A DNA stretch of 64,000 bases, from the IMG/VR virus record IMGVR_UViG_3300039008_000208, positions 1 to 64,000 of that record; one strand, written 5' to 3'. Made by a program: the position numbers and the translations under genes. Below, in pieces: positions 19,372 to 29,292 of this stretch (position 1 is the first letter of the stretch; the number at the start of each line of letters is the position of its first letter). The notes below the pieces were generated by a model, which was not told where the DNA came from, searched no databases, and saw nothing but the letters and a program-made list of their open reading frames with translations. This DNA comes from a virus.

Positions 19372-19893
19372 ATGGTTATTCGTACTCGATCTGACAGTGC
19401 GATTGTCGCAAAAATGAAAAGGGCTGTGCAGCAATCACTTTCGACCCATTATCAGAAAGAATGTCTTTTTCGTATTGAGATTGAAGGGCAGCCTGATGAT
19501 TTTGCAATCTATGTAAAAGAAATCACACACGGATCGCCAGAAATTGAAACAGAACCCCAAAAGGTTGGCGTCACAGGGTTAAATTATCCAACGGGACTAT
19601 CTCCCGCTCCGTTGACCATGACGCTCTACGATAACGAAGATGAGCGCATTTACAAGTTCGTTAATGGACTACGCGAGCTCGTATACAACAAAGATGGCAC
19701 TGTTAATTTGCCGTTTGGTCAAGATGGGTACGTTAAGAAAATAAAAAAATTTAATATTGCTGAAGATGGAACGGAAACTCTTGCCGCAACGTGGGAAATG
19801 TTCGTCACGCAATGTGGTGAGATAACACAAACCTATGAAGGTAATGGACTGATGGAATTTTCCGCTACATTTTCATCTTTTAGAATTAAATAG
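19372..19893 (+). CDS. tube-like paralogue or tail-module protein
   Basis: 173 aa. CLFRIEIEGQPDDFAIYVKEITHGSPEIE...LTMTLYDNED repeats the pattern of the two ORFs above. Confidence 0.3.
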   Translation: MVIRTRSDSAIVAKMKRAVQQSLSTHYQKECLFRIEIEGQPDDFAIYVKEITHGSPEIETEPQKVGVTGLNYPTGLSPAPLTMTLYDNEDERIYKFVNGLRELVYNKDGTVNLPFGQDGYVKKIKKFNIAEDGTETLAATWEMFVTQCGEITQTYEGNGLMEFSATFSSFRIK

Positions 19894-19902
19894 AGGGACT
19901 TC

Positions 19903-20709
19903 ATGTCAACTATCCCAGAATGTTTTTTGCCGAGCAATCCTGACTGCGTTGTGCGCTTACGCATGGCTACAATAGAAGACAGTATTGATTTTTGTAATGT
20001 CCATGAGTTTGCAGAAGAAGAAAAAACAACATTATTCCTCGAAACAATTCAGGACAAGGCCACATATTCCAACCCCAAAAAGTGGACAGGTGATGATCGC
20101 CGCTTTGTTCTGTTTTGGTATTGGATTCACAGCAATGAAATCCATGACCTCATGCTTACATTTTCTTATCAATGTGCTGAATGTGGAGAAGAGCACTCTG
20201 TTGCGATTACTCAAGGCGAAATTGTTAATTCATTAACAGCGATTCAAGGCAAGCCCGAACGCGATATTACGGTTGATGAATTGAAGTTGACTGTTCGCCC
20301 GCTTGATGGTGCTGCTCTTGAAGAGCTTGAAGCGATGCAAATGCAGTATTTGGAGACAGTAGAAGAGTTTGGGGAACATTCAAAAGAAGCACAGCATGAA
20401 AAAGCAAAAAATAAGTTTGCGAAGCTGCTTTTCAGTGTGGCTTTTCCGGAAGAAGAAAAGAACGAAGCTAAAGATCGCGTTGCTTATCGTGAAGAAAAAT
20501 TGTTGAAACTCCCTTTTACTACCTACTCAAAGCTTGTTGAAGAACACAAACTTGCGCTCAAAGGTATGCAGCATGGTCTGCGAACTACATTCAAAAATGG
20601 CCAGCTCCTATTTGTTTCTGATTTGAAGAAATGTCCTAATAATCCTGACTCCAAGGGGGTTTCTTTAACATTCCCCTTTCGGATTGCGGACTATATTCCG
20701 CAAATATAG
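19903..20709 (+). CDS. candidate tail assembly chaperone (by position upstream of the tape measure gene)
   Basis: 268 aa. A +1-frame extension stays open to 20839 (see findings). Confidence 0.35.
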   Translation: MSTIPECFLPSNPDCVVRLRMATIEDSIDFCNVHEFAEEEKTTLFLETIQDKATYSNPKKWTGDDRRFVLFWYWIHSNEIHDLMLTFSYQCAECGEEHSVAITQGEIVNSLTAIQGKPERDITVDELKLTVRPLDGAALEELEAMQMQYLETVEEFGEHSKEAQHEKAKNKFAKLLFSVAFPEEEKNEAKDRVAYREEKLLKLPFTTYSKLVEEHKLALKGMQHGLRTTFKNGQLLFVSDLKKCPNNPDSKGVSLTFPFRIADYIPQI

Positions 20710-20853
20710 CCCGCATTTTTGGGACACTGTCTTGGAAAACTTAACGCTGTATGCAGGTCAAGATTTAAAAAACTTACTGGATACGTCACAGCAGCGTGTG
20801 TTGGCCTTAAACAAGGCTACAATAAAAAAATACAAGAAATAAGTAGGTAGGCT

Positions 20854-23280
20854 ATGGATTCCATAGATTTAGATAGCTTCAGTCCCGTTGCTGCACCTAA
20901 GAAGAAAAAGTCATCAGCCGTAAAAGATGATGTGTTGGAGGAACGAGCAGGATTACTTGAAGATGATGCAACATTGGAGACGATTTTAGGGCAAGAAATC
21001 GTTCCGATATTGCAAAATATCGATGCCAATACACAAGGGTTAAAAGCTGTTTCTACAGTTTTTGCTTCCATTGTTTCTACAATGTCTAGTGTTGCTGGAG
21101 CGCAACAGGCATTACCGCAGCCCGTTTATCCTACGTCGGTATCCCGAAAAAGCAGTACCCCCCAAAAAGCAGAAGCGCTTTCTCAATCTAAGGGGAAGCG
21201 TTTTTCTACTGAGAGTATCTCTGTTGAGAGTAGTTCTACTGAGGCAATTGTAAATAACAGTACAGTGGAAGCAGGTACAAAAAAGCCTGTGGAAATATCC
21301 CCAACATGGAAAGTTATTGACGAGCCAACAGCTATCGCCGCTCCATTTATTAACCCGCAAGAGGAGTCAAGCTCTCAAAAAGCTTATACCAAGGCGAAGG
21401 AGAAAGAGGGGGAGAAGGAGAACGGACGGGGGTTAAAAGATTACTTTAAGAATTTTTCTGGTGAGCTAATTTCAGATAACAAGCCGGAAGGAATGCAGGA
21501 TGTTGCTGGTTCTGCCGCTGGCGGTGTTTTATGGTCAGCGGCGATGGAACTTAAAGAAGCTTCAAGTGGTTTTGGTGAAATTGATACAGATGACGGCTCC
21601 GTAGCAGGGATTTTAAAAAAAGTTGCAATGGATAAGACAGGCCTGACGGCTTTGGCAGAAAAAAAAGAAGCTGCCAAAGAAAAACTGACTGAAAAGGTGC
21701 AAGTGTGGGCTACCGGTAAGCCGTCTGAAAAGCTGCCAGAGGGTTATTCTCGTGATGTGAATGGGAAATTGCGAGACATGCAAGGCAAATTCGTATCAAA
21801 GGATCAGGCTGAAGAAATCGGAATACCTCGTTCCCTCCCATCACAGGAAGAGTCTACTCGCAAATCCAATCTTTCTACGGTTTCGGAGACGAATGCGAAA
21901 CCAGTTGTGGAGGAGAAGGATCAAACTCAAGCAATGGAAGAAGTTGTCGCAACTTTAGAGTCTAATGACGCAAAGGCAGAAAAGCGAAGTGAAGATTTAG
22001 AGTCTACTATTGCAAACACTGCTGGCGCAAATGGCTCATCGGGGGACTCGCTTCTGTCTGATGCCTTTAACATGTTTGGAGGCAAAGATCGAAAACGTAG
22101 TAGAAAAAAAGGTAAGCGTGGTAAATTTGGCAAGGTTGGTGGAGCATTAGCAGCAATTGCTGGCGGCGGTGGCTTATTAAGTACGCTCTTCGGTAATGGT
22201 GGCGCTGAAGAAGTGGCAATGGATGCCGTTGAGGATAAAGCTGTATCAAAATTTGGTGGAAAGTTTGGTGGAAAACTTAGTGCGAAAATAGGTGAAACAG
22301 GTGTTGGTAAGCTTGGCACCAAGCTTGGGGGAAAGGGGGCTGCTAAACTGGGAGCACGAGCGATTCCTGTTGTCGGGCAAGTCCTCGCCGCAGGAATGGC
22401 GCTAAAGGATGGGTATGACGGTTGGAATGACTCAGAGATGCAGCAGGAAGCGTTTGACCTACATTCTGGGCAAGAAGCATCTACTGGGCAAAAAATGGCG
22501 AGTGCTGTTGCAAATGCCGTTGATATGGGTGGACTGGTTTCAGGTGGGTTATCCATGCTTGGCGCAGATGTAGATACTGCTGACATTGCAAAAGGACTGT
22601 ACGGTCTTTTCTCATCTGACGATTCAGGAATTGATAACGACGAAGTCGAAAAAAGCGTACCGGCAGCAGAAACAAAGGATGAAGTTATATCTGCTACTGA
22701 TGCAAAAAGATATCAATCAAGCTCTACTTTTGCGGAACATTTTAAAAAAAATGCGGATACTGCAAAAACAGCTTCTGAAAAATATTACTACAATGATGCT
22801 GCTGAAACTAATCGTGCAAAAGCGGCAGAAATTGCTGAAAAGTACGGCATTGGAGAGACAGATAAGCTTGAATATTTAGATGATGGCAGCGCACGAATTG
22901 TACGTGGTGGAAAAGTTGCACAAAAAAAACAGCATATTTCTGACACAGAGAACAGCGAAGCTAGCCCAAAAACTGTGGATGTGTCAGGGTCAAAAACAAC
23001 TGCGGAGTCTAACGAAAGCGTAAGCGGTCAGCTTTTGCAGAAAAAAGAAGAAGCTGTCTCTGTCCGGAAAGTTATTCAGAAAGAAAAAGAGCAGCAAAAA
23101 GCGCAAGATCGAACTGCTTCCCCTTCAAAGAAGGAGAGTAAGTCTGATAGGGCGTTATCTAAAATTCTTACAGTGCTTGAGTCGGATCGTAGGAAAAAAC
23201 CAGAGACAACTCCGAGCCAGTCAATACCGGTAGAGTATGACGACGTAACTACAACGCTAATGGTCAAAGACAGAATTTAA
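20854..23280 (+). CDS. tail tape measure protein
   Basis: 808 aa with low-complexity and coiled regions. It has a Gly-rich hydrophobic core (GGKFGGKLSAKIGETGVGKLG...VVGQVLAAGMAL). It sits between the chaperone candidate and the baseplate genes. Confidence 0.6.
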   Translation: MDSIDLDSFSPVAAPKKKKSSAVKDDVLEERAGLLEDDATLETILGQEIVPILQNIDANTQGLKAVSTVFASIVSTMSSVAGAQQALPQPVYPTSVSRKSSTPQKAEALSQSKGKRFSTESISVESSSTEAIVNNSTVEAGTKKPVEISPTWKVIDEPTAIAAPFINPQEESSSQKAYTKAKEKEGEKENGRGLKDYFKNFSGELISDNKPEGMQDVAGSAAGGVLWSAAMELKEASSGFGEIDTDDGSVAGILKKVAMDKTGLTALAEKKEAAKEKLTEKVQVWATGKPSEKLPEGYSRDVNGKLRDMQGKFVSKDQAEEIGIPRSLPSQEESTRKSNLSTVSETNAKPVVEEKDQTQAMEEVVATLESNDAKAEKRSEDLESTIANTAGANGSSGDSLLSDAFNMFGGKDRKRSRKKGKRGKFGKVGGALAAIAGGGGLLSTLFGNGGAEEVAMDAVEDKAVSKFGGKFGGKLSAKIGETGVGKLGTKLGGKGAAKLGARAIPVVGQVLAAGMALKDGYDGWNDSEMQQEAFDLHSGQEASTGQKMASAVANAVDMGGLVSGGLSMLGADVDTADIAKGLYGLFSSDDSGIDNDEVEKSVPAAETKDEVISATDAKRYQSSSTFAEHFKKNADTAKTASEKYYYNDAAETNRAKAAEIAEKYGIGETDKLEYLDDGSARIVRGGKVAQKKQHISDTENSEASPKTVDVSGSKTTAESNESVSGQLLQKKEEAVSVRKVIQKEKEQQKAQDRTASPSKKESKSDRALSKILTVLESDRRKKPETTPSQSIPVEYDDVTTTLMVKDRI

Positions 23281-23283
23281 TAG

Positions 23284-23631
23284 ATGTATACTGAAGCGAG
23301 TAAAAATCTCACCTCTGCGATTGGCGCTGACATTGCGATCAAAAACGAAGCAGACGCAATCTCAGAGCGAATTCAAGAGTGGTTCGAAACGCCAGCGGGA
23401 ACTATCGCTGATTTGCCGCACTGGGGACACAATCTATCGTCTTTTCAACATGATTCTGGCTTTAATGAAATGGCAATTGGCATAGAATTGTCGATTGTTG
23501 AGAAACTCCCCATTGATGTTGATGGTGTTGTATTGAGAGGAGTTGGCGTTGAAGAGGTCGCTATTGATGCGTATCGAATCTACATTATTCATCAACTAGG
23601 AATGACTGTAGCGGAACTCAATTTGAGCTAG
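23284..23631 (+). CDS. baseplate wedge protein, gp25/gpW-like
   Basis: ISERIQEWFETPAGTIADLPHWG fits the gp25-like pattern I..L.T..G.....P.fG. Confidence 0.5.
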   Translation: MYTEASKNLTSAIGADIAIKNEADAISERIQEWFETPAGTIADLPHWGHNLSSFQHDSGFNEMAIGIELSIVEKLPIDVDGVVLRGVGVEEVAIDAYRIYIIHQLGMTVAELNLS

Positions 23632-23639
23632 GGATTCAT

Positions 23640-25040
23640 ATGATTAGTATTAGCTCTGCAAAGCAAAAATTTGCTGAAATCCTTTCTTCTACCACTGCAT
23701 GGAAGCCTCTTGCATCATCTCAGTTCGTAGAGCATCTCTCTGTGTTTGTAAGCTGGTGCCTACGCTCTGCGCAATTTAGTACAGAAAGGAATCGGCAAGA
23801 AGCCTATGCTTCAACAGCCATTAATCCCTCTAGTATTATGGCTCATGCTGAAGACAGGGAATATTTGCCCATAAAAGCTTCCCCATCTAAGGGAGCGATA
23901 ACAGTAGAAAACATAGGAGAGCATACCTTTTCGCTGCCTATTCATACAGAGTTTTCTACTGAAGATGATATTCCCATCGTAACTCTTCAGGCTGTAAAAA
24001 TTGCCGCAGGGGGAAAAGTCGTAATTCCAGTAGCCCAGAAGACGTTAGTAGAACGGCTTTTTAAGGTTTCTGAAGGTATTTCATTTTATTCTGTAATGCT
24101 TCCAGTTGAGGATACAGCGCATATATCAAGCTTCAACGTAATGGTAAAAGAAGATGAGCATCTGCCATTTGAAAATTGGGCATATGCTCGATTGCTGACT
24201 AATACCAATTCAAAAAGCAAGGTTTATGACCAGTTTTATAGCCATACCGATCAGTTCGGAGTTCGGTTTGGTAATGGAACATTTGGGAAAATACCAAGTG
24301 TAGGTAGTGAGATTTTGGTGAAATGCTGGCTTACACAAGGAGAGCTTTTTTTAAGCGCAGGGCAGGAAGTATTTACAGTAAAAGAGCTTCCTGTAGAGAT
24401 CGTTGCAACAATCTCCACCGCTATTACAGGCGGTAATAGCGCCGAAGGAATTGAGAGTATACGAAAAAGTCTTCATTACTGGCAAATATATGATGATAAG
24501 CTTGTCTGGGATGATGATTATCCGTTTTTCTTAAACCGCGTTGTTCCAACAATGACATTTATTAATGTTTGGGGTGAAGCTGAAATGGAAAAACAAGCGG
24601 GAGCCCCTAGTGTCGAGTATATCAATAAAATTTTCTTTTCTGCATATGCTCCAGACATCGACGCACCTAACTTGTGCTTGGCAGCGCTGAAAGAAAAGCA
24701 CTCAGCACCTTTGAATAAATTCTTCAAGCATATTCCTGTAGTTCACAAGTATTTTAGATTGACGATTACGGGTAAGGTTCTTCCTGATGTAATTATTGAT
24801 GATGCAGAAGAGGAGGTTAAAAGAGCCCTGCTTACTGCGTACGGAAAGGACTCAGCAACTCGAAGAAAAAATGTTTTGTGGAACGAGCTTGTCGAAGTTG
24901 TTCAAAAGACAGGCTTCTTTGAAGAAGGGTCTGGAGCATCATTCCAAATGACCCCATCTGGTTCTCTTACCCCAGAAGAGTTGCAAGACATGGTGTCCAT
25001 CGACATTGAAAATACAACAGTTGAGTTAGAGTACTTGTAA
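23640..25040 (+). CDS. baseplate J-like protein candidate
   Basis: 466 aa directly after the gp25-like gene. The call rests on position only. Confidence 0.35.
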   Translation: MISISSAKQKFAEILSSTTAWKPLASSQFVEHLSVFVSWCLRSAQFSTERNRQEAYASTAINPSSIMAHAEDREYLPIKASPSKGAITVENIGEHTFSLPIHTEFSTEDDIPIVTLQAVKIAAGGKVVIPVAQKTLVERLFKVSEGISFYSVMLPVEDTAHISSFNVMVKEDEHLPFENWAYARLLTNTNSKSKVYDQFYSHTDQFGVRFGNGTFGKIPSVGSEILVKCWLTQGELFLSAGQEVFTVKELPVEIVATISTAITGGNSAEGIESIRKSLHYWQIYDDKLVWDDDYPFFLNRVVPTMTFINVWGEAEMEKQAGAPSVEYINKIFFSAYAPDIDAPNLCLAALKEKHSAPLNKFFKHIPVVHKYFRLTITGKVLPDVIIDDAEEEVKRALLTAYGKDSATRRKNVLWNELVEVVQKTGFFEEGSGASFQMTPSGSLTPEELQDMVSIDIENTTVELEYL

Positions 25041-26173
25041 TGCGCGATTGGCTTCTTAAGCGGCTTTCTCCTGCCAGAAGGAAAGATGAGCGTTGGACGC
25101 AACTTGCGATCACTCTGCAAAGTTTTTGGGAGTCCACTTTTTACCCAGAGTTGAAGCGTCTTGAAGATATGCGTTCAATATACACGGCGCATCCTCAAGA
25201 TTTAAAACAGAAGATGAGGGAACTCGGTGACTACTTCGCACCGGACATGCCAACACAGAACGATCAACCGTTAGCAGTAGCTTGGCGAAAGGCTGAGATT
25301 CTTAGAAAAGATAAAGAGTATCTTTTTGAATCGCTTTTTCAGAGAAACTTTGCCGGTTTGGACGTACGTTGGATTCCTTTATGGGCTGATAACAGAAAGC
25401 CATATGGAACTGCATTTGCACCAGCAGATGATCTTGCCAGTTGGGAGAAAGAGCTTTTCTACTTCTTGACATCTCGCGGAAAACTTAAAGCTAATTTAAC
25501 TCACATCCATCGGTCTGGAAGGACGAAAGAAGAGTTTCTAGCAATCGCAGAAAAATTGGTGCGCCGATTCAAGCCAACACACATCGTGTATGATGGGATA
25601 ATTTTTTATATCAATGTTGACCTTGAAGTATCTCCATTCATCGTTTCTCCTGCTTTTATTAGTAAAACATACCAGCAGATAGACATTACGTTTTCGCACT
25701 CTCGTTTACTTGATGCACATCCGGCAGATATGTCGCCACACTTAGATGAGCAAATTGATTTTGCTATTACGGCTCAATCGAACCAGACAGTTGCTCTTTC
25801 GTTTGTTCCGGAAGATCGACTGTTGAGCTTGGATCATTACGTTGGTGACGATGAGTTGCCTTGTGACTGGCTTCCTTTGGACTTAGTGCGAGGCGATGAT
25901 TCTAGTATGTTGGCATTTTCTCTTTTTGATGTGCCTTACATGCAAAATATTTCGACTATTCCCATACCGGCATTCAAAAAAGCTACATTTGCTGTCGCAA
26001 AAAAAGAATCAAAATTTTTTATTGAGTTTGAACCTGTTCCAGAAGCTATTGCAAAAACAAAACATGTAGTTCCCGTTCCGTGGGGGGTACGCGAGAGCAG
26101 CTTGGACAGGTACCCGAAGTTTGATGAAGTCCATTGCGATTTCGCACCATTGGACATGGTTATAGGAGATTAA
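25040..26173 (+). CDS. baseplate or fibre-proximal structural protein
   Basis: 377-aa ORF overlapping the upstream stop. Confidence 0.35.
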   Translation: MRDWLLKRLSPARRKDERWTQLAITLQSFWESTFYPELKRLEDMRSIYTAHPQDLKQKMRELGDYFAPDMPTQNDQPLAVAWRKAEILRKDKEYLFESLFQRNFAGLDVRWIPLWADNRKPYGTAFAPADDLASWEKELFYFLTSRGKLKANLTHIHRSGRTKEEFLAIAEKLVRRFKPTHIVYDGIIFYINVDLEVSPFIVSPAFISKTYQQIDITFSHSRLLDAHPADMSPHLDEQIDFAITAQSNQTVALSFVPEDRLLSLDHYVGDDELPCDWLPLDLVRGDDSSMLAFSLFDVPYMQNISTIPIPAFKKATFAVAKKESKFFIEFEPVPEAIAKTKHVVPVPWGVRESSLDRYPKFDEVHCDFAPLDMVIGD

Positions 26174-26176
26174 TGG

Positions 26177-26611
26177 ATGGAAGATGAAAAGATTTTTCAA
26201 AGTGCGATCATTTTAGATCGGTTTTACGAAAAAGTGGGACGTGCTGCTGCTGGAATTGGGCAGTGTCCGCGAATCATTAAATTTAAAGCAGGGTATGGCT
26301 ACCTTAATGAGTCTGTGCCAGAAGGCAAACCGCCTGAGATTCTGTCAGTTCCGTATGACCTTGAAGAGGTTCCAGAACCTTTTTACACCGGTAGCGTAGA
26401 TGCTCAATTTAGCAATGGCTCAACATTAGTTAAATGCACTATTCCAGAAGGCGGTATTGCAACATCAAAAAGATGTTCTGTGATTGGGCTGTACGATCAA
26501 GATGAAGAATTGGTTGCAATGTGTGTAGCGTTGCCTGATTGGGTTAAACCATCTCAGGAATACACCGTGTACCCTTCTATTAATTTCCCGATCAACAGAA
26601 AGGGAGAGTAG
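26177..26611 (+). CDS. tail-collar fibre domain protein (DUF3751-like)
   Basis: KFKAGYGYL...CSVIGLYDQDEELVAMCVALPDWVKP...INFP resembles the N-terminal domain of the P2 gpH family. Confidence 0.4.
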   Translation: MEDEKIFQSAIILDRFYEKVGRAAAGIGQCPRIIKFKAGYGYLNESVPEGKPPEILSVPYDLEEVPEPFYTGSVDAQFSNGSTLVKCTIPEGGIATSKRCSVIGLYDQDEELVAMCVALPDWVKPSQEYTVYPSINFPINRKGE

Positions 26612-26614
26612 TAC

Positions 26615-27181
26615 ATGGGATTACAGCAAAGCGTTTCGTTTAGAGCGGAAAGAACTTCTGTAGCTTTAAACCGAAAGTTCGCAGGAATCATCCCCGCAGG
26701 TGTTTATTATGGCTTTAATATTAAACCAGCCGGTGGGATGAATATCTCGTTGGAAGCGGATGAAGACTATCCGGCTAATGTCGCTGTTATAGACCGTAAT
26801 GGGTATTCTATTACTCTGACAGATCAGGACAACACTACTTATAGCGTGCCATCGACTGGTGAATGCTACGTATGCATCCAAGCAATATATCTGCCTGATG
26901 CTCATGGTGAACAAAGTATTGTCTTTTGCAGTGCTCCTGAAAAACATCATGTGGTTTTGGGTAAACTCAAAATTCCGTCCGGAACTACAGTTATCACTGC
27001 TGACATGATCTCCGAAGACGGGCGAACTATCGGCAACCCGATGCTTTGGCTCATGGACGTTAGTGCTCGTTTTATTAAGACCAGCACAGAAATCATGGGC
27101 GTACAGCAGCGCATTACGAACTTGGAAAATTGGGCAAAAAGCAAGGGCTTCGATCCCACCCAAACGTACTCTGGAAAGTAG
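26615..27181 (+). CDS. hypothetical tail fibre-module protein
   Basis: 188-aa ORF. Confidence 0.35.
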   Translation: MGLQQSVSFRAERTSVALNRKFAGIIPAGVYYGFNIKPAGGMNISLEADEDYPANVAVIDRNGYSITLTDQDNTTYSVPSTGECYVCIQAIYLPDAHGEQSIVFCSAPEKHHVVLGKLKIPSGTTVITADMISEDGRTIGNPMLWLMDVSARFIKTSTEIMGVQQRITNLENWAKSKGFDPTQTYSGK

Positions 27182-27190
27182 GAGAAATAC

Positions 27191-29239
27191 ATGTCCTCTA
27201 TACAGAAGCAGCTTGATGTACAGAAAAAAGCTGTAGAAGACCTTGACGCGCAAGTAAGTACGATTCTTGCTGCCGCCGGTGACGGAAAGCTTGATCCAGC
27301 AGTTATTGAGCAGCAGATTAAAGATGCAACTGATGATGCTATTGAAGATGTATTGGAAACGCTGGATGGCTTGGATTTAACAGAACTGAAAACCCGCACA
27401 GACTTGCAAGCGCGGCAGTCTGAAATTCAAAATACATACAACCCCGACACCAAGTTCTTTATGGAGTTTTTCTCTACGTTGTACAGCGTTCGCGACGAAC
27501 TCGTAATTGATGATGTACGCACGGTTGCCGGTGATGATTCCATTGATGTTTCGAATGTTAAAGGGATCGAAGTCGGCAAAGAGTATGTTTTAGAAAAAGA
27601 TGGCGTTACACGTTTTGTTACGATCAATGAAATCTTTTCTGATACCCGCGTAAAAGCTACTGCTCCAATCAACCATTCATTCACCGGTGCAACTATGAAG
27701 CGCACTGATTGGAAAATTTTGAATGGTGAAGCAAATCTTACAGCCGGTGACGTTTACTACTCAAAACCAGTTAACCTCGATACTGTCAGCAATACAGATA
27801 AAGCGCTTGTTATTCGCAGGCGAGATAATGCTGCAGTACTCAGAATTTTCTGTAAGAAATTCAATGGGGATTGGATTGAACAGCACTGGGACTGGAAGCG
27901 TGACGCAAAGGGCGTTGCTGGCTTCGTAGACTATGAATTTACTCTAAAAGAGCGTGGCGATTTGCATATAAAAATCGTCGCAGATGGCTCTACTACTGTG
28001 AAGTATATGATAGGTGTGTCCCGTGCAACAGGGCTTCGCGGCTTCCATAACCCTCCCTTAACTCCAACCTGTGTTCTTCCGGCAGATGGCGCTACTGGCT
28101 TGGGAGAAACTCCGGCACTAGCGACAACTGCATACACCCATCCTGCGAAGACAGCACAGCGCGGGACTGTTTTTGAAGTGAGTAAAAAGGCAGATGATTT
28201 TACCGGAGACAATCTGGTTTACTCATCTGGAGAAGTTGTTGGTATTGCAGCAACGACAGCTAAAGGAAAATTGCAGACAAACACCAAGTACTATCAGCGT
28301 GCAAAGCATGTTGATGCCCTTGATGGTATCTCTGAATGGTCTGCTGTTACTTGCTTCACTACAACAGGGTCTTTTGTGACTGTAGATCAGCCAACAGGCA
28401 AGGCACCAGTTGCCGGAGCAGAGCTAAGTTCTCCAGATGGACTGACGCTGACATCAAATCCATTTGCAACAACTGGCGGTAGTGATACGCACGCGGCCTC
28501 ACAATGGCAGATCGCGAAGAATCCGAACTTTGATACTATTCATTGGGATTCCAACGAAGACAGTGCCAATAAAGTGTCTAAAAGCGTTCCGGACGGCACA
28601 GCAGAGCGTGGTGAAACCTATTACTGGCGCTGCAGACACAAAGGCGCAAACAAAGGTTGGTCGGACTGGTCGGCGCCATTAACGTTTTCCGTTATCAATA
28701 TCGGAAACGGAGTAAGAGTTGATGGCGGTATCGCTATTTCCCATACATTTACGGATGGACAGCAAGGCTACATCATTGTCGCGCCTGCGTCTAAGCGAAC
28801 TACGAAAAAGTGGGGATTGTACAACCTCGATACTAGTCTTGCCAACTTGTCTTCTGCATCATCCAAAGACCCTAAGTCTGGTGCACAAAACACATCAGTT
28901 CTTTGTTCTGGTTCCTACAGCAGTCATAACGATGGGCAGGGTTCGGTTGGCGCTCCTGCTGCTGAGTATTGTGATAATCTTATATTTGAAGGCTGCAATG
29001 ACTTTTTTCTGCCTAACAAAGAAGAACTTGCCAAAATCATTTCACAGAAAGCCATTATTGACGCTGCTGACGAAACAAGTGGAAATAAGTTCTCTAGTAT
29101 TGGCTCTAACTACATCTGGAGCTCTTCGGAGAGCACTAGCGATCACGCTTGGGTGCAGCGCCCGAGCGACGGTTCTCAGAGTAACGGCCTTAAGAACACT
29201 GACTACTTTGTTGTGCCGTGTCGGAGGTTTATCCCTTAA
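27191..29239 (+). CDS. tail fibre / receptor-binding protein, DGR target (two FN3-like repeats plus a DUF1566/CLec-like tip)
   Basis: 682 aa. The VR occupies the last ~35 codons (SSSESTSDHAWVQRPSDGSQSNGLKNTDYFVVPCRR). Confidence 0.8.
   Translation: MSSIQKQLDVQKKAVEDLDAQVSTILAAAGDGKLDPAVIEQQIKDATDDAIEDVLETLDGLDLTELKTRTDLQARQSEIQNTYNPDTKFFMEFFSTLYSVRDELVIDDVRTVAGDDSIDVSNVKGIEVGKEYVLEKDGVTRFVTINEIFSDTRVKATAPINHSFTGATMKRTDWKILNGEANLTAGDVYYSKPVNLDTVSNTDKALVIRRRDNAAVLRIFCKKFNGDWIEQHWDWKRDAKGVAGFVDYEFTLKERGDLHIKIVADGSTTVKYMIGVSRATGLRGFHNPPLTPTCVLPADGATGLGETPALATTAYTHPAKTAQRGTVFEVSKKADDFTGDNLVYSSGEVVGIAATTAKGKLQTNTKYYQRAKHVDALDGISEWSAVTCFTTTGSFVTVDQPTGKAPVAGAELSSPDGLTLTSNPFATTGGSDTHAASQWQIAKNPNFDTIHWDSNEDSANKVSKSVPDGTAERGETYYWRCRHKGANKGWSDWSAPLTFSVINIGNGVRVDGGIAISHTFTDGQQGYIIVAPASKRTTKKWGLYNLDTSLANLSSASSKDPKSGAQNTSVLCSGSYSSHNDGQGSVGAPAAEYCDNLIFEGCNDFFLPNKEELAKIISQKAIIDAADETSGNKFSSIGSNYIWSSSESTSDHAWVQRPSDGSQSNGLKNTDYFVVPCRRFIP
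28064..28671 (+). repeat. direct repeat copy 1 (shared with 32640-33247)
   Basis: Gap-free collinearity with a constant offset of 4576 nt. It contains long identical runs such as gcaccagttgccggagcagagctaagttctccagatggactgacgctgacatcaaatccatt. Confidence 0.85.
29120..29226 (+). repeat. DGR variable region (VR)
   Basis: Aligns to the TR over 107 nt. All 11 differences lie opposite TR adenines. Confidence 0.9.
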
Positions 29240-29254
29240 TTTTTAAACTGTCTT

Positions 29255-29276
29255 TAGGGGGCGTTTAAGCCCCCTA
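29255..29276 (+). promoter_or_regulatory. GC-rich hairpin downstream of the VR (candidate DGR target-recognition element)
   Basis: tagggggc-gtttaa-gcccccta: an 8-bp stem 28 nt after the VR end, with no T-run. Confidence 0.5.
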
Positions 29277-29292
29277 TTGCTGGACTACTAGC

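Noticed and set aside
20640-20742. Conventional -1 frameshift for the tail chaperone.
   Set aside because: The -1 frame has stops at 20640 and 20646 and then extends only 11 codons past the 0-frame stop. The +1 frame is the one that stays open up to the tape measure gene.
21927-22586. 219-aa antisense ORF within the tape measure gene.
   Set aside because: It is Pro/Ser/Ala low-complexity sequence, mirroring the Gly/Ala/Lys-rich sense strand. It is nested in a gene with clear operon context.
26666-27399. Two overlapping minus-strand ORFs (195 and 150 aa) across the fibre-module genes.
   Set aside because: They are antisense to tightly packed plus-strand genes and have no start-site signals. 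They are judged spurious.
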